From a virus (Duplodnaviria; Heunggongvirae; Uroviricota; Caudoviricetes), in IMG/VR virus record IMGVR_UViG_3300020578_005505: 64,000 nt of DNA, one strand, 5' to 3'. The notes under the pieces were generated by a model, which was not told where the DNA came from, ran no database searches, and was given only the letters and a program-made list of their open reading frames with translations. Positions 56,949-64,000 of the stretch are shown here, one piece after another. Position numbers and translations under genes: made by a program. The first letter of the stretch is position 1, and the number at the start of each line of letters is the position of its first letter.

Positions 56949-56976
56949 CTCTAACTCGTTGAAAATCAATTAGATA

Positions 56977-57462
56977 CTAGTAGTTTAATATACAATAATC
57001 CATTCCAATACCTAATTCAACTGTAATTGCGTCTTGATTGGACCAGTCATAAGATCCGAAGTTTGCAGTCTTAACGAAAGCTCCTTTAATAATCCATTCA
57101 GAAACTACATCTCCTACAGGACCTAGAATCGAAAGGTTCAAATCTTTCTTATAAAAGTCAGAATATCCGTCGCGTCCTGTTACAGACTCATGTGATAGAC
57201 GAATCCATTCCATACAAGCTTGTTGTCCGGAAGGTGAAATAGGATTGTAAAGATTTAAGGTCATATCTTGCCATTCAGCCTTACCTTTAATTTTACGATA
57301 TACGTTAATATGGTCTAGCTTTACTTCATTCAAGTTTATATTGGGTGCGGTAGCACTTTTAATCATGAAAGAAGGAATGCCGTCAATATACATAATAAAC
57401 CGGTTCTGAACGGTAGGTTCGTATGCGGTAAACATTATTTCGTTAGCGTCTAGTACTGGCAT
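56977..57462 (-). CDS. Tail tube protein (putative)
   Basis: 161 aa, the size of gp19-like tube proteins. Downstream of the sheath in the conserved sheath-tube order, and followed by a strong terminator. Confidence 0.45.
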   Translation of the reverse strand: MPVLDANEIMFTAYEPTVQNRFIMYIDGIPSFMIKSATAPNINLNEVKLDHINVYRKIKGKAEWQDMTLNLYNPISPSGQQACMEWIRLSHESVTGRDGYSDFYKKDLNLSILGPVGDVVSEWIIKGAFVKTANFGSYDWSNQDAITVELGIGMDYCILNY

Positions 57463-57505
57463 TTTATTCTATGTTTTATATAAATATCTATTAGTACAGA
57501 ACCTA

Positions 57506-58330
57506 TTACTTTTTGAGTGCTACAATAATTTTTGGATCTAATTTTGCTAGCGGATTCTTTCCTTCTCCTTCTTGTACATTACCGCCGCCTTTTGCTAGAT
57601 TTTTTAATGCTTGAGCAGCTTTTTTGATACCTGATTTAATATTATCGGCATACATTGCAAGTCCGAGGCCACCTAAACCAGCTATTCCGGTTGCTGCTGT
57701 TAATATATCGCCACCAAGTGTCATTAAGCCTTGCTCGTCTTTAACAGACAGGTTTAAAAGATCATTTGCCCATTGTCCAACTTCAATTAATCCTGTTTCA
57801 GCTGTAAGTACTTCGTTAACTTTCTCTTCAGCTGTCATAGTCTCCATTTCCCCTATTTCTTTCTTTTCAGCTACTTTACTCTTAATATTCCTTGTTGCAT
57901 TTTGAAACGCTTTATCAGCAATATTGATTTGATTTGCAACGCTCCCGTCCTTCAGCTTATTCATAATGTCGTCTATGAGTTTTCCAATAGCACTAGCTTC
58001 AGCATTATCAAAATTTTTCATCATATTAATCTTACGGCCAAGATCAATAAACTTTGCTTTTAAATCTTCCTTAGAGTAAAGCGTATTCGGTGTTTTATTT
58101 TTTGATATATTAAGTCCTCCTGATTTGACTTTTCCGGCGTCGTATCTAATCTCTTTTACACCTACTTCTTTCTCTTTATGCTCTTTTTCTTTTTTCTCTT
58201 TAGTTGCTTTTACTTCCTCCATACCTGCACCAAGGTTTTGCTTAGTCTTAGCTTCAGTTAATACTTGCTTGGCAAGAGATTCAAACAATTGCTTTGATAA
58301 ATGTAATCTAATCTTTGTACTATTTTTCAT
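57506..58330 (-). CDS. Lys/Glu-rich hypothetical protein
   Basis: 274 aa, between the sheath and tube genes. Confidence 0.3.
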   Translation of the reverse strand: MKNSTKIRLHLSKQLFESLAKQVLTEAKTKQNLGAGMEEVKATKEKKEKEHKEKEVGVKEIRYDAGKVKSGGLNISKNKTPNTLYSKEDLKAKFIDLGRKINMMKNFDNAEASAIGKLIDDIMNKLKDGSVANQINIADKAFQNATRNIKSKVAEKKEIGEMETMTAEEKVNEVLTAETGLIEVGQWANDLLNLSVKDEQGLMTLGGDILTAATGIAGLGGLGLAMYADNIKSGIKKAAQALKNLAKGGGNVQEGEGKNPLAKLDPKIIVALKK

Positions 58331-58349
58331 TTAGAATTTTTTTTTATTT

Positions 58350-60119
58350 TTATGCACCGAACGTTACTCCAGTTGGTAGAATGTTAAAGTCGAGTTGAAT
58401 AAATTCTGCAGTTCTAGTAGGTTGTAAGAAAATAGCACCTACAAGTAGATTGCGATCAATTACATCAGGTGTATTGTTGGTTTCGTCCATTACTACACGG
58501 AAAGCATAAAGACCTTGACGTTGCTGTACGTAATCTAGATATGGATTAACTTGAGAAAGAAACTTGTTGCGTGTGACAGCAGTGTTTTGTTCAAATACTA
58601 ATGTTTGTGCGATCTGACCAATAAATCCTTTTAAGGCTATTAGTAGACGACGAACATTTACTCTATCAAGTGCAGAAGCGCGAGCTTGTAGAGTCTTCTG
58701 CCCGTAGACTACTGTACCTTGTCCTGGAAATACTGCTATAGGGTTAACTCTGCCGCTGTATAATGTATTGCGTTGACCTACAGTTAAACGTCTTTCAGGC
58801 TGAATTACAGTAGGTAGGCCTCCGCGATTCAATCCTGCAGGAGCAAACCATTCAGCAGATACCTTATCATTATACTCGTATACTCCGGGGATGATTACTG
58901 AAGCAGGGACAAAGTTTAATTTTCCGGTTTCGTTAGAACGAACCTGTACCCATGGCCAATAAGTAGCACCATAACTGTTATCATAAGACTGCGCTGCTAT
59001 AGTTACAGAGCTAATAGATTGGTTATATCCGACCATATCTACTACTGCGATAGCGTCGCCGCGATTTTGTACTGTTGAAAGTAAACTACTAATTATTGTG
59101 CTAGCGTTTTGATTTGATATCCCTGGTGCGTAGATTGAATCGTAAACGTACTGATCTTGGTTGGATAGTAAGTTTATTGCAGTTGTATAGTTGTCGGGGA
59201 ATACGCCTTGAATATTAGTACCTGAGCTAGCGCCTGTAGAGCTAACGGTTGGAATAGCTTCAAATAGATTGAGAGCTGCTAAACCGAAGCATCCAAATAA
59301 AGGACCGCTTGCTGCACCAAATGAACCGTTCTCAGATCCGCTTCCGTTTATAGGAATGGATGCAGTATATTGTTGATAAGCAACACCTTGAGGATTCAAG
59401 TAGTTTGGCGTAGGTAAATTAACATTCTTTACTCTTACATACAATGAAGCATTTGGATAGCTTCCAGTAATCTCTAAATATTTTTGACCGTCACTATCAG
59501 TTGCTACGTTTTGAGTTTGATCTCCAATTACGTAAGCTATATAGTTATTTTGGTTAGGATCTAATGAAAGATTAGTCCAGGTTTCAAGTACTGTTTGATT
59601 TGAAGTATAATCATCACCTCTTCTAATTAATAAAGTAAACAAGCCAGAAGCTGAATCCGCTTGTGTGATCTGCCATCTAATATTACTTGCTGATCCAGAA
59701 GGTAAAATACCGTTAGTAGCCGTAGATGCACCTTGACTGTTGTTCATGATAGTTCCTACTGAAAGAGTCTCGAGAACAAAAGGAGATGTATTGGCTATAC
59801 TACATGATATAAGAGATGAAGTTGCTGCAGTATAAGACCCGCTAGCAACTCTAGTCACCAATAAAGACGTACCTCCTTGCTGGAAATAATTAAAAGCAGC
59901 TTGAGAGGTCAAATATTCGTAAGTATTGCTATGGGAAATAAAAGTAGTTCCGAATTTAGCTTTATACTGAGAATATGAAGTAACGAGGGTAGGGATATTA
60001 GGCTTTCCTATTACAGTAGGACCGATTAGAGCTGCGCCTACGGTTACTGGGCCTGCTGTTACTTGAGAAAGGTCGTTTTCTCTCAGGAATACGCCTGGTG
60101 AAATTAATGCTTCTGCCAT
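58350..60119 (-). CDS. Contractile tail sheath protein
   Basis: N-terminal MAEALISPGVFLRENDLSQV matches the conserved sheath start (LSPGVY.EE.D.S). 589 aa. Confidence 0.75.
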   Translation of the reverse strand: MAEALISPGVFLRENDLSQVTAGPVTVGAALIGPTVIGKPNIPTLVTSYSQYKAKFGTTFISHSNTYEYLTSQAAFNYFQQGGTSLLVTRVASGSYTAATSSLISCSIANTSPFVLETLSVGTIMNNSQGASTATNGILPSGSASNIRWQITQADSASGLFTLLIRRGDDYTSNQTVLETWTNLSLDPNQNNYIAYVIGDQTQNVATDSDGQKYLEITGSYPNASLYVRVKNVNLPTPNYLNPQGVAYQQYTASIPINGSGSENGSFGAASGPLFGCFGLAALNLFEAIPTVSSTGASSGTNIQGVFPDNYTTAINLLSNQDQYVYDSIYAPGISNQNASTIISSLLSTVQNRGDAIAVVDMVGYNQSISSVTIAAQSYDNSYGATYWPWVQVRSNETGKLNFVPASVIIPGVYEYNDKVSAEWFAPAGLNRGGLPTVIQPERRLTVGQRNTLYSGRVNPIAVFPGQGTVVYGQKTLQARASALDRVNVRRLLIALKGFIGQIAQTLVFEQNTAVTRNKFLSQVNPYLDYVQQRQGLYAFRVVMDETNNTPDVIDRNLLVGAIFLQPTRTAEFIQLDFNILPTGVTFGA

Positions 60120-60200
60120 TTTTATAATTTATTTCTAGTAATAAATATCAGTCCATAAAGGCAAAACCTAATTTATTCCCAAGGAGTAACTTATATTAGC

Positions 60201-60467
60201 TTATGCACGAGCTATTTCGCCAGTTTCTGGGTTTATAGTGCCATCTCCATACTTTTGACCAAACTCGTTTAGCTGTGTTCGTTGTTTTACAGCGTTAGCT
60301 TTTACAGCTTCTTTTAGGTTCTCTAATTCGAGATCGAGTAATGTTCTTTGAAAATGTAACTCGCCAAGTATTGCAGCTAGGCGATTGGCTTCTGTTCGGT
60401 GAATTTGAAACTCTTGTAACTCTTCAGGAGTTAATTTTTGATTTTGCATATTATTTTTTATTTGCAA
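60201..60467 (-). CDS. Hypothetical protein (start more likely the ATG at 60449)
   Basis: The track uses a TTG start at 60467, which overlaps the upstream small ORF. The ATG at 60449 directly follows that ORF's stop. Confidence 0.3.
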   Translation of the reverse strand: MQIKNNMQNQKLTPEELQEFQIHRTEANRLAAILGELHFQRTLLDLELENLKEAVKANAVKQRTQLNEFGQKYGDGTINPETGEIARA

Positions 60468-60585
60468 CTTTTTTAGTTAATTTTTTAGCTTTTTCAGGCT
60501 TTACTTCCACAACAGGAGCTTCCTTTGCAGGCTCAGGCTTTACAAAAAAGCTCTTTAATTTGTTGAGAATGTTTGCTAGCTTCAT
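60451..60585 (-). CDS. Small Lys-rich protein (44 aa, not in track)
   Basis: Manual translation MKLANILNKLKSFFVKPEPAKEAPVVEVKPEKAKKLTKKVANKK. Confidence 0.3.
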   Translation of the reverse strand: MKLANILNKLKSFFVKPEPAKEAPVVEVKPEKAKKLTKKVANKK

Positions 60586-60713
60586 GATTTTGAGGTTTTT
60601 TATAAATAGTAAGATTAATTAGTAGGTCTAATATATAAATATCAAAATATACGGTAGAATCAACTTACTGTAACTAGTTTTATAGAATCTATATCTACTT
60701 TATAATCAGCCGT

Positions 60714-61307
60714 TTATTGAAAATGTTCTCCGCCTACCCAGAATACTAGAGATCTACGTAAGCCTCTAGTAACTCTAGTAACTCTATGCATCATGTAAGA
60801 AGGGAATACAAATACAGCGCCTTTGTCTCTTGAAGCAGTAACGTAGTTGTCTCCGCCTAACCAATACTGTAAATCGCCTCCTCCATATTCATCAGGTCCA
60901 GCAAGCTGTACAACTAGAGAAACTTTTCTTAAAGATGCAGAACCAGGTCCGATGTCTTGATGCCATACGTAATGTCCGCTTTCAGATGCTAAATACTCAG
61001 TATACTGAATGTTATCAACTATATGGTGTAAATTAAAATTCCATAGAACGTCATTTGCTTCAATAACGCATGCCATTAAACGTTCATAAAGCCATTCCCA
61101 TTGAGTGTTTTTTGGAATCCATTTCAAACGTGAAGATCGTATTTTCTTAGCTTCGTTGCCATCCCCAATTACAGTAGCTTCTTCAAAATTAAGAGAATTT
61201 AAATCTTGATCGATTTTACCTAACTCTTCTATACTAAACTTAGTCAAGTAGTAGTAGTAATTTTGCGGATCGTTTTCCTTCTTGGGAAAGGTGTAGGTTG
61301 TTAACAT
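60714..61307 (-). CDS. Fe(II)/2-oxoglutarate dioxygenase-like (prolyl-hydroxylase/PKHD-type)
   Basis: HxD (VWHQDIG) with downstream His (YMMHRVTRVTRGLRRSLVFW). Confidence 0.45.
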   Translation of the reverse strand: MLTTYTFPKKENDPQNYYYYLTKFSIEELGKIDQDLNSLNFEEATVIGDGNEAKKIRSSRLKWIPKNTQWEWLYERLMACVIEANDVLWNFNLHHIVDNIQYTEYLASESGHYVWHQDIGPGSASLRKVSLVVQLAGPDEYGGGDLQYWLGGDNYVTASRDKGAVFVFPSYMMHRVTRVTRGLRRSLVFWVGGEHFQ

Positions 61308-61317
61308 TGCTTTTATT

Positions 61318-62097
61318 TTAAATATTGATTTGTTTGCTTCTAACGAATTCTAGATCAAAAGTAGTTGCTGAAATAGGAAAAGCCTCGTTATTGAAAGGAT
61401 TCTTATATGGATCAGTCATTCTCCAACCTTTACCCCATTTTTTATTCAAATATTCGAAATTAATTTTATTTATCTCTGAGAGACGGGTTTGAAGTTCTAA
61501 ACTTGATTTTACTGTTTGACTTCCGTGTTTATAGTATTCATGTGCGAATCCATCACCATGGTAATAAGATCTAGTCAAGCTATATATACGTTTGAGAGGT
61601 TTTGCCCAGACTCTCATAGTATAATCAGCATCTTCACAGTAAGCGGGAGATAGGTTCTCATCGAATAGTCCATATTCCTGTATTACCCAGTCTTTAATTA
61701 AAAATAAGTCCCATGAACCATCGTCAAAGTCTCCGCCATATCCGTGAACTATCCCTACATCCTGTTGTTGAGAGGCTTGTACCATCTCCTTCAAAAAGCC
61801 TTCAGTAAATGCTACATCGTCGTTTGTAATAATCCAGAAAGGGGCTAGTATATACGACTTTAATATAAGATTCCATACACAAGGGATCCCTAAATTAGAC
61901 GGTAGATGACAGATAGTTAGTTTATCTACAAAATAATTTTTATTCATATGCAGGTCTTCTAACTGCTGTGTTATCTCCCCTTTACCGTTGTTATTAAAAA
62001 TCACGAAATTCTCTACTGGATAATCGATACTATAATATAGTCGCTGAACCCACCGAGGATTTTTCATAACTGGAGCTCCTATAACTGGTATTTTCAT
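61318..62097 (-). CDS. Putative GT-A fold glycosyltransferase
   Basis: DxD-like EDADY and NDDVAF motifs. Weak. Confidence 0.3.
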   Translation of the reverse strand: MKIPVIGAPVMKNPRWVQRLYYSIDYPVENFVIFNNNGKGEITQQLEDLHMNKNYFVDKLTICHLPSNLGIPCVWNLILKSYILAPFWIITNDDVAFTEGFLKEMVQASQQQDVGIVHGYGGDFDDGSWDLFLIKDWVIQEYGLFDENLSPAYCEDADYTMRVWAKPLKRIYSLTRSYYHGDGFAHEYYKHGSQTVKSSLELQTRLSEINKINFEYLNKKWGKGWRMTDPYKNPFNNEAFPISATTFDLEFVRSKQINI

Positions 62098-62101
62098 ATC
62101 A

Positions 62102-63352
62102 TTAATTTAAATCTATGATTTTGATCCTTGGTAATAAAATAATAAATTTTGCTTGAATTTCCAACGCCAAGGACTTAATTATATACTCTGCAAAATTATG
62201 TGCAAGTATTAGTATGTAATCTGGGGGAAATACTTTAAGGGCAGATCTATCCACAACTTTTATTCCGGTACCGGGTATATACTTACCTTGCTTTAAATTA
62301 GTATCATCTACTACATAGTCTATATGTTCATCGGTAAGTTGCATAGCATTAAGATAGATACATCCTTTAGCGGCAGCCCCGAAACCTGCTATACTCTTTC
62401 CTTCTCTTTTTAAATTTAAAATAAAGTCTCTTGACTGTTCAATATGTAGCTTAACTTCTCTTCCCCATTCTAGATACTCTTCTATTGAAGACTTCTCATT
62501 CTCTAAAATAGGTTTAACACTATAATCACATGTTTGAAAAGCCTCACCTACCCCCCCTTTATGTGTAATAAGTAGTCTCATAGTACCGCCATGAATAGGA
62601 TAGTTAACGGCTTTTATGACTCTGAGATTATATTTATCAAATAATTTTGTTAACGGACCTACATTATAATAATAAACGTGTTCGTGATATACTTGATCGA
62701 ATTGGTTAGTTTCGATATTAGTTTTTAAATAAGGGAATTCAAGGCACCAAATTCCGAACTTCTCTAAGCTAGCTGAAATACCCTCAACGAAACTCTCTAT
62801 AGGTTCAGTATGCTGAAAGCAATTAGTAGTAACTATTAATTTGAACTGCTTATTAAGATCGCAAGCTGTTTTCGAATTCCAAAACGTATTGATAGAGTTT
62901 ATCCCGTTTTTGACTGCTATTTCAGTTAGATTTTTAGATGCGTCTACATTCAAAACATCTAGTCCGGGTTTTAATTTAAGAAACGTCTTTAGTAACGTAC
63001 CATCGTTTCCTCCTATATCTAAAATCTTATCTCCCTGTTTAAGTTGGAGATATACATTTAGGTAGTTAAACATCTCTTCACAATGTTCTATATAAGGATA
63101 AGATATACCTGATTTATAGGTATAGTTTGTATAAAGAATTTCTGGATTAATAATATGAGTTAAAGTGCAAAGTTCGCTTTCAGGAAAATATTGAACTGCT
63201 AACGGATAGCGGGGACAGTTCAAAGATTCTAGCCGGCTATAACATAAATTATTTACTAACGGTAGATCTCCTAAGTTAAAAAATTCAACAGGATTTTTAT
63301 CACCAGTTATAGGACAGACTCGTAAACCTTTTTTAATATTCATTAATCCCAA
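62102..63352 (-). CDS. NDP-hexose C-methyltransferase-like (Zn-ribbon + SAM-MTase + C-MeT C-terminal domain)
   Basis: N-terminal CPITGDK...C Zn-binding region, SAM motif I LDIGGNDGTL, and a size of 416 aa typical of the TylCIII-like family. Confidence 0.55.
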   Translation of the reverse strand: MGLMNIKKGLRVCPITGDKNPVEFFNLGDLPLVNNLCYSRLESLNCPRYPLAVQYFPESELCTLTHIINPEILYTNYTYKSGISYPYIEHCEEMFNYLNVYLQLKQGDKILDIGGNDGTLLKTFLKLKPGLDVLNVDASKNLTEIAVKNGINSINTFWNSKTACDLNKQFKLIVTTNCFQHTEPIESFVEGISASLEKFGIWCLEFPYLKTNIETNQFDQVYHEHVYYYNVGPLTKLFDKYNLRVIKAVNYPIHGGTMRLLITHKGGVGEAFQTCDYSVKPILENEKSSIEEYLEWGREVKLHIEQSRDFILNLKREGKSIAGFGAAAKGCIYLNAMQLTDEHIDYVVDDTNLKQGKYIPGTGIKVVDRSALKVFPPDYILILAHNFAEYIIKSLALEIQAKFIILLPRIKIIDLN

Positions 63353-64000
63353 ACTTGATCAAAAAAGAATATATGAAATAATCTACTATTTTCCATATTG
63401 TATCCAAAATAGTTAACACCGGAGTGAATAAGTCCGCCATCAAATATTACTAGTCTATTAAAGATGTTTCCCACTGTATCTACCATTTCATAAGGTGTAC
63501 CATCTAAGAAAGTATGCCCGGGAAACACTTTAAATCCATCGCCTAGCGGACCCCAGTCCATTTGAGTATTGTGGTGTATTTTTGTTTCTCTATGACGGTA
63601 GAAACAGGTTCCAGACTGTGGTGGTGCATCAGGCGTTAGGTAAATTACAGCTGCCCATTTTTGAGAATCACAATGGAATACTGAAGGCGTTCCTCCTGAA
63701 CAGTATTGAAAGCGTCCGTTAATACCTTCATCGTACCATCCTAGACCTGTTTCGGTATGATCGGCTATTTTTACACCGATAATACTCTCAAACCTTTCCT
63801 TCAATCCGTCAAAGAAAAATTGCTTACGAGTACGCATTCCTACAGAACCTTCTCCGGGAAAGTAAGTTTGTTTTAGTGCAAAATCTCTTACTCCAAAAGG
63901 ATCGTCGTAGAAGTGATCGACTACGAAAAAGCGCTTATCCTTGGCTCGGGATACGGTAAAATTATCGGCTTCAATTATTCCCCATTCTGAATCGGGATTA
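63343..64000 (-). CDS. Partial CDS (runs off the window end): 2OG-Fe(II) oxygenase-like protein
   Basis: The frame stays open upstream of the track ATG at 63837 through position 64000 (...NPDSEWGIIEADNFTVSRAKDKRFFVVDHFYDDPFGVRDF...). HxD in SVFHCDSQ and a distal His LIHSG. Confidence 0.4.
   Translation of the reverse strand, partial: NPDSEWGIIEADNFTVSRAKDKRFFVVDHFYDDPFGVRDFALKQTYFPGEGSVGMRTRKQFFFDGLKERFESIIGVKIADHTETGLGWYDEGINGRFQYCSGGTPSVFHCDSQKWAAVIYLTPDAPPQSGTCFYRHRETKIHHNTQMDWGPLGDGFKVFPGHTFLDGTPYEMVDTVGNIFNRLVIFDGGLIHSGVNYFGYNMENSRLFHIFFFDQVWD

Overview
This AT-rich 64 kb window has essentially every supported gene on the minus strand and reads as a contiguous segment of a large tailed, contractile-tail (myovirus-like) phage genome, probably infecting Bacteroidetes/Flavobacteriia. 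The host call rests on a tmRNA tag of the GxxxYAxAA type, an unannotated ribosomal protein bS21 gene and a 7-deazaguanine gene set; it is inference only. Modules in coordinate order: (1) 1-8923, a dense glycan-synthesis cluster with GT11, GT2 and GT4/CgeB-like glycosyltransferases, a cupin sugar isomerase, methyltransferases, a 2OG-Fe(II) oxygenase and a secreted DRGH nuclease. (2) 9090-15403, small proteins, a Cas4-like nuclease, three tRNA or tRNA-like genes, IscA, an outer-membrane beta-barrel-like protein, a tmRNA with Ala identity elements and thioredoxin. (3) 15406-22539, a phosphoesterase, GroEL/GroES/Hsp20 chaperones, a proofreading family-A DNA polymerase and bS21. (4) 23024-33358, a 7-deazaguanine DNA modification set (folE, queD, queE, queC, queF, a DpdA-like transglycosylase and a PurN-like formyltransferase) plus dCTP deaminase and an NAD epimerase. 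(5) 33586-36869, a tail fiber with 51-bp tandem repeats and a glycosyltransferase. (6) 36856-45552, a replication module with ribonucleotide reductase, DnaB, 5'-3' exonuclease, UvsX-like recombinase and gp32-like SSB. (7) 45609-60119, a tail module with sheath, tube, a tape measure protein preceded by a chaperone carrying a T9 +1 frameshift site, and large baseplate-like proteins. (8) 60714-64000, a second sugar-modification cluster with a 2OG oxygenase, a glycosyltransferase-like protein and a C-methyltransferase. Most plus-strand ORFs in the track are antisense shadows. The most interesting content is the queF plus formyltransferase 7-deazaguanine set, the very large glycosylation repertoire, the phage-borne tmRNA and bS21, and the atypical tRNA-like genes.
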